From Muribaculaceae bacterium (lineage in GTDB: Bacteria; Bacteroidota; Bacteroidia; Bacteroidales; Muribaculaceae): 64,000 bases of DNA. Made by a program: the position numbers and the translations under genes. Positions 39,172 to 48,402 of this stretch are shown here, in pieces (within the stretch, counting starts at the first letter, position 1; each line of letters begins with the position of its first letter). Below the pieces are notes generated by a model. That model worked only from the letters and a program-made list of their open reading frames with translations. It was not told the DNA's origin and made no database searches. The stretch lies in the NCBI GenBank assembly GCA_017462345.1, contig JAFTRI010000019.1:27896-91895 (forward strand), read 5' to 3'.

Positions 39172-39918
39172 ATGAAGAAGATGAGACTTTTGAGCCTTGC
39201 AGTCGCAGCGGTGCTGTGCTCAGGCTTCGTGTCATGCAGTGATGACGACGATGAACCGCAGAAGTCTGCAGACAATGCTGCTAATCCTGAGACTGACGAG
39301 TACGGCATTGCCGTCTCACAGGAGGTCGACCTCGGACTGTCGGTCAACTGGGCAAGTTGGAATGTCGGAGCAAGCAGCCCCGAGGAATACGGCGGTTACT
39401 ACGCATGGGGCGAGACCGATGAGAAATACGATTATGATGAGTCAACATATAAGTGGTGCAACGGCAGAGATGATACACTGACCAAATACTGTACCGACAG
39501 CGATGACGGTACAGTCGACAACAGGACCGTGCTTGAACCGCAAGATGACGTGGCTCATGTGAAATGGGGCGACGGATGGCGCATGCCTACCGAGGATGAG
39601 CTTTTAGAACTGGAAAATAACTGCACATGGACATGGATAACCTATAATGGAGTTAACGGTTATAAGGTCACAGGCAGGAAGCTTTCCAAAGGCAACCGTA
39701 ACAGCATCTTCCTGCCTGCCGCTGGTTACCACTTCTGCACTTCTCTCTCTTTCGCAGGCGATGACGGTCTCTACTGGAGCAGTACACTCAACAGCAACAG
39801 TTCGTTAATTATTGACAACGATTACGCGTATGCTTTGTCTTTTCACAGTAACTATTCCAACATCGGCTGCGACAGCCGTCGCTACGGGAGGAGTGTGCGT
39901 CCCGTCAAAGAAAAATAA
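39172..39918 (+). CDS. lipoprotein with a DUF1566 / FISUMP-like domain
   Basis: The lipobox is LCSGFVSC followed by an acidic linker. Recognisable segments are NWASWNVGA…YGGYYAWGE…WRMPTEDELLEL…FLPAAGY…YWSST…YGRSVRPV. Confidence 0.75.
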   Translation: MKKMRLLSLAVAAVLCSGFVSCSDDDDEPQKSADNAANPETDEYGIAVSQEVDLGLSVNWASWNVGASSPEEYGGYYAWGETDEKYDYDESTYKWCNGRDDTLTKYCTDSDDGTVDNRTVLEPQDDVAHVKWGDGWRMPTEDELLELENNCTWTWITYNGVNGYKVTGRKLSKGNRNSIFLPAAGYHFCTSLSFAGDDGLYWSSTLNSNSSLIIDNDYAYALSFHSNYSNIGCDSRRYGRSVRPVKEK

Positions 39919-39949
39919 GCGAGTGCGTAGCATTAACGGGAAATGAGTA

Positions 39950-39981
39950 GGGCAGTGTAAAATTTGATTTTTACACTGCCC
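39950..39981. terminator. hairpin between convergent genes (lipoprotein gene and pnp)
   Basis: Perfect 13-bp stem GGGCAGTGTAAAA / TTTTACACTGCCC with a 6-nt loop. There is no long external T-tract. Confidence 0.5.
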
Positions 39982-40053
39982 CTCTCGTTTAATCTGTCCG
40001 GATTTTAAGGTGCGCTTCCACACCCTCTTAATCCCTATGCTGGATAATGTTGA

Positions 40054-42315
40054 TTATTCCTCTTCGTGTTCACGACGGCTGTTCCGGTCGTTATTCCGGC
40101 GGTTGTCGTGACGCGGACCTCTCTGATTGTCACGGCGTGGGCCGCGGTCGTTGTTGCGGCGTTCAGGGCGTGGTGCACGTTCACGTTCAACATATCCTTC
40201 AGGCTTGGGTTGCAGTGCGCGCATTGACAGACGGAATTTTCCGGTTTTCTTGTCAATCTCGATGAGTTTGACTTCAACTGTGTCACCTTCGTGGAGGCCT
40301 GACGCTTCCATGTTTTCGAGTCGTTCCCAGCTTATTTCCGAAATGTGGAGAAGCCCGTCGCGGTTGGGCATGAACTCAACAAAGGCTCCGAAGTCAAGGA
40401 TTGAACGTACGGTTCCTGTGTAGACTTCTCCTTCTTCGGGCAGGGCAACAATGGCGTTGATCATTGCCAATGCCTTGTCGATGGAGTCTTTGTTGGCGGC
40501 AGCCACTTCGATATAGCCTGTGTTGTCTATTTCGTCGATAGAGACTGTTGCACCGCTCTCTTCCTGGATTCCCTGTATGATCTTCCCGCCCGGGCCTATG
40601 ACAGCACCGATGAGATCTTTGGGTATTGTCATCGTTACGATGCGCGGTACGTGAGGCTTGTAGTCTTCACGCGGAGCGGGGATTGTCTCGTTGATGATAT
40701 TGAGGATGTGAAGGCGACCGTCGCGAGCCTGAAGAAGTGCTTTCTCCAATATCTCGTAAGAGAGGCCGTCACATTTGATGTCCATCTGGGTTGCGGTGAT
40801 ACCGTCCTTTGTCCCTGTTACCTTGAAGTCCATGTCTCCGAGATGGTCTTCATCTCCGAGGATGTCGGACAATACGGCATATTTGCTGCTTGCGGTGTCG
40901 GTGATGAGACCCATTGCGATACCGCTCACTGGTTTCTTCATCTTAACGCCGGCATCAAGCAGTGCGAGTGTTCCGGCACATACGGTGGCCATTGATGAAG
41001 AACCGTTTGATTCAAGGATGTCGGAAACGATGCGGCAGCAGTAGGGGAAATCTTCGGGGAACATGCGCTTGAGTGCGCGGTGAGCGAGATTGCCGTGTCC
41101 TATTTCGCGGCGGCCTACTCCACGTACCGGTTTTGCCTCGCCGGTAGAGAAGGGGGGGAAGTTATAGTGGAGCAGGAAGCGTTCGCGTCCCTGATTAAGT
41201 ACATCGTCAAGGATCTTCTCGTCGAGCTTGGTGCCAAGTGTTACGGTTGAGAGGGACTGGGTCTCTCCACGGGTGAACACTGCCGAGCCGTGAGGCCCCG
41301 GGAGGTAGTTTACCTCACACCAGATGGGACGTATCTCGGTTGTCTTGCGTCCGTCAAGGCGTATGCCTTCGTCAAGGATGCAACGGCGCACTGCTTCTTT
41401 CTCTACATCGTGATAATAACGCTTGACAAGCGGTGTCTTTTCGTCTTTTTCTTCTTCGGGAAGAGAGTCGATGTATTCCTGACACACGGCATCAAAACTG
41501 TTCTGGCGCCAATGCTTGTCGGCACAGCCGGCCTTGGCGATTGCATAGGCTTTGTCGTAGCACTTGTCGTGAACGTCCTTGCGGAGTTCCTCGTCATTTA
41601 CCTCATGGCAATATTCACGCTTTACGGTTGCACCTGCCGCTTCGGCAAGTTCCATCTGAACCTTACACTGAGCCTTGATCGCCTCGTGTGCAGCCTTGAG
41701 GGCGGCAAGAAGGTCGGCTTCGGACACTTCGTCCATTTCGCCTTCCACCATCATGATATTATCGTAGGTTGCGCCTACCATGAGTTCCATGTCGGCGTTG
41801 TCGAGCTGCTCGAAGGTGGGGTTGATGACAAATTCACCGTCAACACGTGCGACACGGACTTCGGAGATGGGGCCGTTGAACGGTATGTCGGAAACGGCGA
41901 TAGCTGCTGATGCTGCCAATCCGGCAAGGGCATCGGGCATATCAACACCGTCGGATGAATACATGGTGATGTTGACAAAGGTGTCGGCATGGTAGTTGTC
42001 GGGGAAAAGCGGACGGAGTACACGGTCAACAAGGCGTGCCGTCAGGATTTCATAGTCGGAAGCGCGTCCTTCGCGTTTCAGGAAGCCACCGGGAAAACGA
42101 CCAAAAGAGGAGAATTTTTCCTTATACTCTACTTGCAGGGGCATGAAGTCAACCCCTTCACCGGCCTCTTTGGCCGAAACTACTGTCGCAAGAAGCATAG
42201 TGTTGCCCATGCGCAGTTCTACCGCTCCATCGGCTTGCTTGGCAAGTTTGCCTGTCTCAAGAGTGATGACACGGCCGTCACTCAGCTCGATGGTTTTCTT
42301 GATTGGATTTACCAT
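40054..42315 (-). CDS. pnp: polyribonucleotide nucleotidyltransferase (PNPase)
   Basis: Two RNase PH domains are followed by KH (…[18 protein letters not shown]…) and S1 (…[20 protein letters not shown]…) domains. The 753-aa protein includes an Arg/Asn-rich tail. Confidence 0.97.
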   Translation of the reverse strand: MVNPIKKTIELSDGRVITLETGKLAKQADGAVELRMGNTMLLATVVSAKEAGEGVDFMPLQVEYKEKFSSFGRFPGGFLKREGRASDYEILTARLVDRVLRPLFPDNYHADTFVNITMYSSDGVDMPDALAGLAASAAIAVSDIPFNGPISEVRVARVDGEFVINPTFEQLDNADMELMVGATYDNIMMVEGEMDEVSEADLLAALKAAHEAIKAQCKVQMELAEAAGATVKREYCHEVNDEELRKDVHDKCYDKAYAIAKAGCADKHWRQNSFDAVCQEYIDSLPEEEKDEKTPLVKRYYHDVEKEAVRRCILDEGIRLDGRKTTEIRPIWCEVNYLPGPHGSAVFTRGETQSLSTVTLGTKLDEKILDDVLNQGRERFLLHYNFPPFSTGEAKPVRGVGRREIGHGNLAHRALKRMFPEDFPYCCRIVSDILESNGSSSMATVCAGTLALLDAGVKMKKPVSGIAMGLITDTASSKYAVLSDILGDEDHLGDMDFKVTGTKDGITATQMDIKCDGLSYEILEKALLQARDGRLHILNIINETIPAPREDYKPHVPRIVTMTIPKDLIGAVIGPGGKIIQGIQEESGATVSIDEIDNTGYIEVAAANKDSIDKALAMINAIVALPEEGEVYTGTVRSILDFGAFVEFMPNRDGLLHISEISWERLENMEASGLHEGDTVEVKLIEIDKKTGKFRLSMRALQPKPEGYVERERAPRPERRNNDRGPRRDNQRGPRHDNRRNNDRNSRREHEEE

Positions 42316-42354
42316 AAAATTTATATAATCTATTTTCGTCTAATAAAAATCACG

Positions 42355-42362
42355 CAAAGGTA
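42355..42362 (-). promoter_or_regulatory. -7 promoter box (TACCTTTG on the minus strand) for pnp
   Basis: A perfect TAnnTTTG lies about 40 nt upstream of the pnp ATG. Confidence 0.5.
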
Positions 42363-42509
42363 GTGAATATAGTTGAATTATTCGCTATCAATATCTTATA
42401 AAATTATAAAATGGCAAACGGTCTATTTTGTCCGGTCTTGTTTTTGGTTGGAAAATGAAATAAATGGGATAAAATGTGCGGTGAATTTTGTCCGATGAAA
42501 AAAAAATGC

Positions 42510-42517
42510 TACTTTTG
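42510..42517 (+). promoter_or_regulatory. -7 promoter box TACTTTTG for tRNA-Pro
   Basis: A perfect TAnnTTTG ends 17 nt upstream of the mature tRNA 5' end. Confidence 0.55.
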
Positions 42518-42533
42518 TCCCCGCAAAACTGCT

Positions 42534-42606
42534 CGGGGTGTAGCACAGTTGGCAGCGCGCCACGTTCGGGACGTGGAGGTCGGAAGTTCGAGTCTTCTCA
42601 CCCCGA
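42534..42606 (+). tRNA. tRNA-Pro (anticodon CGG)
   Basis: I folded a 73-nt cloverleaf by hand. The acceptor is CGGGGTG/CACCCCG, the anticodon stem is CCACG/CGTGG with loop TTCGGGA, and the T-loop is TTCGAGT. There is one A-C mismatch in the D stem, and CCA is not encoded. Confidence 0.9.
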
Positions 42607-42611
42607 CAATT

Positions 42612-42653
42612 AAGACAAGCGGTTGAGTTCATCGGGACTCAACCGCTTGTCTT
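42612..42653. terminator. strong bidirectional hairpin terminator
   Basis: Perfect 17-bp stem AAGACAAGCGGTTGAGT (42612-42628) / ACTCAACCGCTTGTCTT (42637-42653). It lies between tRNA-Pro (+) and the minus-strand lipoprotein gene. Confidence 0.75.
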
Positions 42654-42690
42654 CTAAAGGGAAATGTTGCACGTGGCATCACTGAGCCAT

Positions 42691-43188
42691 CTATTCTTCT
42701 GAGGCTGTTCCGTCTTCTATGTATTTTATCGTTCCGTTAATTACGAATTCATCATCATCTCTAATGAATGTGTAGTTATCAAATGATAATGTGATATTGT
42801 TCCCGGAAATATTTTCTACGATAACCTTACCGCTAAGTTCTTCATAACTTGAAAAATAGATACTGGTCCAGGGATGATACCTTATTAAGGATACGGACAA
42901 TTCATCTCCTTCCTTGAAACCGGAATTGCATTTGAAATCGAAATAGATAAACCCGTCCTTGTCACTTTGCAATGTCGCGCTAAAATAAGTCATGGCATAA
43001 CCATAGTAATCGTAGGTATGAGAATAAACGCAATTAGGTGTCGGTTTCAGTGTCTCTCCGTTTGCAATAACGCATTGTGCTGAAGTGCTCTCCTCATCGG
43101 GCTCATCGTTGTCACTGTCACATGATGAAAGTGAAAATGAGGTGGCAATAAATGCCACCATCATTATTGAATAAAGGGCTTTGAACAT
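42691..43188 (-). CDS. hypothetical lipoprotein (low GC)
   Basis: The lipobox is SFSLSSC followed by an acidic linker DSDNDEPDEE. I recognise no domain. Confidence 0.55.
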   Translation of the reverse strand: MFKALYSIMMVAFIATSFSLSSCDSDNDEPDEESTSAQCVIANGETLKPTPNCVYSHTYDYYGYAMTYFSATLQSDKDGFIYFDFKCNSGFKEGDELSVSLIRYHPWTSIYFSSYEELSGKVIVENISGNNITLSFDNYTFIRDDDEFVINGTIKYIEDGTASEE

Positions 43189-43194
43189 TGTCGT

Positions 43195-43698
43195 CTAGAA
43201 TTTGTATGCAGCTCCTATCATAATTGAAACGCCATTGCAATCGCCGTCTAATCCACCACCTGCAACCTCTGAAATTTCGGCATTCAATATCCACCTTTCT
43301 TTATAGTCATATTCAATACCTGCTCCAAAATTAGTAAAGAATTCTCCACCACCTTCAACGAGTTTCTGAACTTTATATTCTTCTTTTGGCTCAATTTGTC
43401 CAAGCCCAACACCTATAACCGGATATACTCTGAAACCCTTTATTGGGAACATATACTTGAAGTTTAGTGCACCATTATATGCCGTAAGGTCTTTACCAAA
43501 AATGCAGTTAACTGTTGGTTCAATACGGAATTTCTTTTTCAGATTCCAAACGAATTTGGCACTAAGCATTGGCCCATTTACACTTGTTACATATCCTGCG
43601 GATATTCCAATTGCACGTTTGTACTCTTTGTTTTCTTGTGCCGACACTGAGCAAACTCCAAGCAATGCCATGCACGCAATCAATAAAAACTTCTTCAT
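43195..43698 (-). CDS. small outer-membrane beta-barrel (OMP_b-brl/porin-like) protein
   Basis: The signal peptide is MKKFLLIACMALLGVCSVSAQ. The body shows an alternating beta-strand pattern and ends …IGAAYKF. I set the start at 43698. Confidence 0.68.
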   Translation of the reverse strand: MKKFLLIACMALLGVCSVSAQENKEYKRAIGISAGYVTSVNGPMLSAKFVWNLKKKFRIEPTVNCIFGKDLTAYNGALNFKYMFPIKGFRVYPVIGVGLGQIEPKEEYKVQKLVEGGGEFFTNFGAGIEYDYKERWILNAEISEVAGGGLDGDCNGVSIMIGAAYKF

Positions 43699-44037
43699 GA
43701 TTATAAAAGTTTTAGTGCATCGTAAGGCTCTCCCAATGCGGGTTAATAAATTTAGTGTTATTAAACAAGAAAGTGTGAGCCTATCAGTTCTAATCCTAAT
43801 GGTAGGCCTTCGACTGCCTTGCGTATGGATATAGAAAAAGCTCACACCTTTGGTCTATATATGGTAAAACATATATTTGTGCCAAAGGAGAACGATTTTC
43901 ATTATTCCAATACGCTTGTGAGTTGTCGAAGTTCACCATTATGGAATAAAGCTAAACGCTTCCTTAACAATATGTCTGTCGCCGAAGCGACGCCACAAAG
44001 TTAAAGATTATTTAGCAGAAAGCGTTCATTGTGAGCT

Positions 44038-44325
44038 TTAAATTTTAATTATGTTGTACAGTTCCTGCCGGCTGTTGAACTGAAATATTTTGCCATTTAT
44101 CTTGATATATCCTTCGACAGATTCTTCTCCGACCGGTTCAAACAGGCTCTTGAGGCTGACGTCAAGAGCAGCAGCCATCTTTTCAATAGTGCCCAGCCGG
44201 GCATTGCCATACATTGCCCTGTTCAGACTGCTTGCGTCGATTCCCATTGCAAATGCAAGGTCTTTAAGCTGCATCTTGCGTTCCTTGCAGATACGTTTTA
44301 TATTTTCGGCCAATATCTTTTCCAT
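44038..44325 (-). CDS. XRE-family helix-turn-helix transcriptional regulator
   Basis: The HTH_3-like sequence is NIKRICKERKMQLKDLAFAMGIDASSLNRAMYGNARLGTIEKMAAAL. I set the start at MEKILAEN (44325). Confidence 0.85.
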   Translation of the reverse strand: MEKILAENIKRICKERKMQLKDLAFAMGIDASSLNRAMYGNARLGTIEKMAAALDVSLKSLFEPVGEESVEGYIKINGKIFQFNSRQELYNIIKI

Positions 44326-44343
44326 GTTCAGCAAAACTTTCGG

Positions 44344-44351
44344 CAAAGATA
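44344..44351 (-). promoter_or_regulatory. -7 promoter box (TATCTTTG on the minus strand) for the XRE gene
   Basis: A perfect TAnnTTTG lies 19 nt upstream of the ATG at 44325. Confidence 0.5.
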
Positions 44352-44510
44352 GTATGTAGTTGTCGGATGTTCCAAATAAAATGAATAAAAATTGAGTATA
44401 AAACAATTTTTATTCTGATTCCAGTTAACGTATATGTGCTGTAGTATAAAGGTGATTGTATTATATGGAAATTAGACGGATGGTAATTGGGGCTGCTAAC
44501 CGGAATCGGG

Positions 44511-45299
44511 TTAGCGGTTCAGTTGCCTTACGGGGAATGTGAAGTAGGTGTCGGGAAATGGTTCGTCGCGAAGTGTGAAGTGCCACCACTCGGAGTCGAT
44601 GGGGTTGAAACCGTGACGGAGCATTGCCGAGCGGAGTATTAACCGGTTTCTGAACTGTTCGGCAGTGATTATGCGGTTTTTAGGGCTCTTCCTGTTGTCG
44701 GCAGTGTATTCTCCTGTGTCGGGGTTGCCGCAGAAGTCGGGGCTGCTTTCCGCGCCAAACCAATCGAATGTCCCTCCCATGTCCAGCTCTTTTCCGGTCG
44801 CCATGTCAAAAAGTGTCAGGTCGACGGTAGAACCGCGTGTGTGCCCGCTTTTCCCGGCTATGTATTCCTGCTCAAAAAGGATGCTCTTGTCGATATCGGG
44901 GTAAAAGTAGGATTTTGTAAGGGTGTCGGTGATGCCGGTTGCCCAGCGAACAAAATGGTCCACGCTGCATTGCGGACGGTAGGCGTCGAAGATTTTAAGG
45001 CGGTATCCTTGTTTCATGACTTCATCGCTGACGGCTTTTAATGCTTCGGCGGCTTCTCTTGTCAGCAGTGCTGTCGGTTCTTCGTATCCGTCGATTCGGG
45101 TGCCGATGAAGTTGTATGTCCCGTAATAGCGGATGTCCAGGATGGCATCGGGGACAATGTCGGTCAATGTTACGAATCGGCTTGTGTCTTCGGTGGGGGC
45201 GACTGCCGGATTGTTGCCGGTGGAGCAGCCGGCTGTCATGCCGAAACAGCAGATGTGGATGAATGGATGTAATAACTGTCGTGTAACGTATCGGATCAT
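44511..45299 (-). CDS. VanX/DdpX-type D-alanyl-D-alanine dipeptidase (M15D) with a lipoprotein signal
   Basis: The sequences SGHTRGSTVDLTL and EWWHF are the VanX zinc/catalytic motifs. The N-terminus CFGMTAGCS is lipobox-like. Confidence 0.86.
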   Translation of the reverse strand: MIRYVTRQLLHPFIHICCFGMTAGCSTGNNPAVAPTEDTSRFVTLTDIVPDAILDIRYYGTYNFIGTRIDGYEEPTALLTREAAEALKAVSDEVMKQGYRLKIFDAYRPQCSVDHFVRWATGITDTLTKSYFYPDIDKSILFEQEYIAGKSGHTRGSTVDLTLFDMATGKELDMGGTFDWFGAESSPDFCGNPDTGEYTADNRKSPKNRIITAEQFRNRLILRSAMLRHGFNPIDSEWWHFTLRDEPFPDTYFTFPVRQLNR

Positions 45300-45369
45300 T
45301 GGCGCTTGAATGATAAGTCAGAGTCGTAAAGAAAAACGGAGAAAACTTTTTCAGCTTTCTCCGCTTAGG

Positions 45370-45450
45370 TGCCCAGAACAGGACTCGAACCTGCACGCCT
45401 CGCAGCACTCGCACCTGAAACGAGCGCGTCTACCATTCCGCCACCTGGGC
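45370..45450 (-). tRNA. tRNA-Leu (anticodon CAG)
   Basis: The reverse complement GCCCAGGTGGCGGAATGGTAGACGCG-CTCGT-TTCAGGT-GCGAG-(long variable arm)-GCAGGTTCGAGTCCTGT-TCTGGGCA folds as a class II tRNA and is very similar to bacterial tRNA-Leu(CAG). Confidence 0.9.
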
Positions 45451-45462
45451 CTTTCGGTAGTG

Positions 45463-45470
45463 CAAAGGTA
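45463..45470 (-). promoter_or_regulatory. -7 promoter box (TACCTTTG on the minus strand) for tRNA-Leu
   Basis: A perfect TAnnTTTG ends 12 nt upstream of the tRNA 5' end. Confidence 0.55.
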
Positions 45471-45531
45471 ATGCTTTTATTCGATATGGGAATAAAAAAT
45501 GAGTATTTTTTAGCGGAAAGAGGAAAAATAA

Positions 45532-46317
45532 TCAAAAATAGGGGTATGTGACATCCCATAGGTATAGTGCGTGGGCCGGCATCGATGAACCGGCAGCGCA
45601 GCGGTCTTTGGCTGATATTACTGCAGCAAAATCGTCAAGGGTCATTTTGCCACGTCCCACTTCAACGAGGGTGCCGACAACGGCTCTTACCATGTTGCGC
45701 AGAAAGCGGTCGGCAGTGATGACGAATACCATGCGGTTGTCTCCGCACGGTTGCCATGATGCATGGGTGACGTGGCAGATATTGGTCTTTACGTCGGTAT
45801 GCAGCTTGGCAAATGAGGTGAAGTCTTCGACCGACAGTAGCTGGTCGGCCGCCCGGTTCATGATTTCATAGTCGAGCGTTGCCGGTGCCTGCCAGCTGAG
45901 ATGGTGCAGGAACGGAGACTTGCCTGAATGGGCGTAATAGTGGTAGGTGCGGGATGTGGCGTCAAATCGGGCGTGGGCATCGGGGTGAACCGGGGTGAGC
46001 GACTCGATTGCGATGTCGTGACCGACGAGGGAGTTGATGGCTCTTACGAGAGAGTCGGGGTGGGGGTGCGGTTCGACCAGGTCGAAGTGGGCAATCATCT
46101 TGCGTGCGTTGACACCGGTGTCGGTGCGTCCGGCACCGGTAATCCTGACCGGGTAGCGCATGACAGTGAAGATGGCTTTCTCGATAGTCGACTGTACGCT
46201 GACGGCGTTGGGCTGCGACTGCCAACCGTGAAACGGTGCTCCACGGTAGGACAGCTGCATGAAATAACGTTGTTGCGCCACGACGGTGTCAGTTTTTTTC
46301 AAGGTAGGTGTAGCCAT
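45532..46317 (-). CDS. truA: tRNA pseudouridine(38-40) synthase
   Basis: The N-terminal region reads RYFMQLSYRGAPFHGWQSQ. The catalytic Asp context is GAGRTDTGVNA. Confidence 0.92.
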   Translation of the reverse strand: MATPTLKKTDTVVAQQRYFMQLSYRGAPFHGWQSQPNAVSVQSTIEKAIFTVMRYPVRITGAGRTDTGVNARKMIAHFDLVEPHPHPDSLVRAINSLVGHDIAIESLTPVHPDAHARFDATSRTYHYYAHSGKSPFLHHLSWQAPATLDYEIMNRAADQLLSVEDFTSFAKLHTDVKTNICHVTHASWQPCGDNRMVFVITADRFLRNMVRAVVGTLVEVGRGKMTLDDFAAVISAKDRCAAGSSMPAHALYLWDVTYPYF

Positions 46318-48187
46318 AAAGTCCGGAGCGGTAGTTGCTCAGGAACTCGCGTCCTTCCTCGGGTGATATGCGTCCTGCTTTCATGGAAGCGGTAACCCAT
46401 GTCTCGACGTTGCGCACAAGTTTCTTGGGATTGAACTGTACATAGTCAAGGACTTCGGCGACGGTTTCCCCGTCAATTATCTGGTCGATTTCGTAATGGT
46501 CCTTATATACGCTGATGTGTACGGCGTTGGTGTCACCGAAAAGGTTGTGCATGTCTCCGAGTATCTCCTGGTAGGCACCGACGAGGAAAACTCCGAGGTA
46601 GTAGGGCTCGCCCGGTTTCAGGGAATGAACGGGCAGGGATGATGATGTGCCGTGGTTGGAGATGAAGTTGGCAATCTTTCCGTCAGAGTCACAGGTGATG
46701 TCCTGTATGGTTGCCGTGCGGCTTGGCTTCTCGTCAAGCCGGGATATGGGCATTATCGGGAATACCTGGTCTATCGCCCAAGAGTCGGGAAGGGACTGGA
46801 ACAGGGAGAAGTTGCAGAAGTATTTGTCGGGAATCATCTTGGCAATCTTGCGCAATTCCTCGGGGGCGTGTTTCATGGAAGCGGCAATTTCTCCAACTTC
46901 GCGGGCTATCGACCAGAACAGTTTCTCAATCTGGGCGCGAGTGCGCAGATCAAGCAGCCCGAGGCTGAACAGGTCAAGGGCTTCCTCGCGTATCTGCAAT
47001 GCGTCGTGCCAGCTCTCGAATAGGCGGGGCTGATTAAGTTTGTCCCAAATGTCGTACAGCTCTCGTGCAAGTTCATGGTCGTCGGAACTTACTTCCTGGG
47101 ATTCTTTCCAGATGGGTAGGGTGGTAGTCTCAAGGACTTCGAATATCAGTACCGAGTGGTGGGCCGTAAGAGAGCGTCCGCTTTCGGTGATGATGTTGGG
47201 CTGTTTCAGCCCGTTTTTCACGCATGCGTCAACAAGAGCCGATACCGAGTCGTTGGCATATTCCTGTATTGAATAGTTCATGCTGCTCTCGCTTGCCGAG
47301 TTGCGGGTCCCGTCGTAGTCTACTCCAAGACCTCCGCCTATGTCGATGAAGTCAATGTCAAAACCCATCTTTGACAGTTGCACATAGAACTGTGTAGCTT
47401 CACGCAAGGCGTTCTTTATGCGCCGTATCTTCGTTATCTGGCTGCCGATGTGGAAATGTATAAGTCTCAGACATTCCATCATCTTGTTTTTCTCCATGAA
47501 ATCGATGGCCTCAAGCAGTTCGCTTGAATTCAGCCCGAATTTGGACTGGTCGCCGCCTGACTCCTCCCATTTGCCTGACCCTGAACTTGACAGCTTGATG
47601 CGTATTCCGATGTTAGGGGCGATTTTCAGGCGCTTTGCTGTTTCGGTAATCAGTTTCAGCTCATTGAGTTTTTCGACCACAAGATAGATGCGCCGTCCCA
47701 TTTTCTGTGCAAGCAGAGCCAGCTCTACATAGTTCTCATCCTTGTACCCGTTGCATATTATGAGTGCGTTCTCGGCAATATTGGTAGCGAGGACGGCGTG
47801 AAGTTCAGGTTTGGATCCTGCTTCAAGGCCGATGTTGAATTTCTTGCCGTGGGAGACTATCTCCTCGACGACCTGGCGTATCTGGTTGACCTTGATAGGG
47901 TAGATGATGAAATTCTTTGCGCGGTAGTCGTACTCATCGGCCGCTTGCTTGAAACACCGTGAAATTTTTTCAACACGGTTGTCAAGAATGTCGGGGAAGC
48001 GCAGGAGTACGGGAGATGTGATGTCGCGAACCTGCAACTCATCCATTATTTCCTTGAGGTCGACTGCCGCATATCCTTCGCGCGGAGTAACCGCAACATG
48101 CCCCTTGTCGTTGATGGAGAAGTATTTCAGCCCCCATCCGTTAATGTTGTACAGCTCAGAACTGTCGTCAATACGCCATTTTCTCAT
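46289..48187 (-). CDS. speA: biosynthetic arginine decarboxylase
   Basis: The N-terminus is MRKWRIDDSSELYNINGWG. The PLP-lysine context is IIYPIKVNQ. Length is about 632 aa. I set the start at 48187. Confidence 0.93.
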   Translation of the reverse strand: MRKWRIDDSSELYNINGWGLKYFSINDKGHVAVTPREGYAAVDLKEIMDELQVRDITSPVLLRFPDILDNRVEKISRCFKQAADEYDYRAKNFIIYPIKVNQIRQVVEEIVSHGKKFNIGLEAGSKPELHAVLATNIAENALIICNGYKDENYVELALLAQKMGRRIYLVVEKLNELKLITETAKRLKIAPNIGIRIKLSSSGSGKWEESGGDQSKFGLNSSELLEAIDFMEKNKMMECLRLIHFHIGSQITKIRRIKNALREATQFYVQLSKMGFDIDFIDIGGGLGVDYDGTRNSASESSMNYSIQEYANDSVSALVDACVKNGLKQPNIITESGRSLTAHHSVLIFEVLETTTLPIWKESQEVSSDDHELARELYDIWDKLNQPRLFESWHDALQIREEALDLFSLGLLDLRTRAQIEKLFWSIAREVGEIAASMKHAPEELRKIAKMIPDKYFCNFSLFQSLPDSWAIDQVFPIMPISRLDEKPSRTATIQDITCDSDGKIANFISNHGTSSSLPVHSLKPGEPYYLGVFLVGAYQEILGDMHNLFGDTNAVHISVYKDHYEIDQIIDGETVAEVLDYVQFNPKKLVRNVETWVTASMKAGRISPEEGREFLSNYRSGLYGYTYLEKN

Positions 48188-48337
48188 CGGCTCTATATCA
48201 GAATGAATGGTTAGTGAATCAAACAAAATGAGAGGCAAAAATAGTTATAATTATCCGTATAAAAGTCAACTAAGTTTAAATTTGTTCAATATTATTCAGC
48301 AAACGCGCTGTTTTCGCGCTTTGTCGCGGGAATTTAC

Positions 48338-48345
48338 TATATTTG
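48338..48345 (+). promoter_or_regulatory. -7 promoter box TATATTTG
   Basis: A perfect TAnnTTTG lies about 58 nt upstream of the ATG at 48403. Confidence 0.45.
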
Positions 48346-48402
48346 TGCCAATATTATACAGCAAAAATAAATTACATAAATAATTAACAAATTTCTTGAA
48401 TC

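Noticed and set aside
42423-42632. A 69-aa ORF lies on the minus strand here. Similar ORFs occur at 45022-45414, 45365-45559 and 45369-45551.
   Set aside because: They overlap tRNA-Pro or tRNA-Leu and their promoters and terminators, so they are spurious.
42607-44510. The regions next to tRNA-Pro (and next to tRNA-Gly, 50678-51839) could be intact integrative elements.
   Set aside because: I found no integrase, recombinase or excisionase gene and no direct repeat of the tRNA 3' end at the distal border. At most they are remnants. They are reported as findings, not as mobile elements.
46289-46317. There is a 29-nt same-strand overlap between the speA stop and the truA start.
   Set aside because: This is probably just operon packing. 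The conserved RYF motif of TruA requires a start at or near 46317, and I see nothing that suggests frameshifting.
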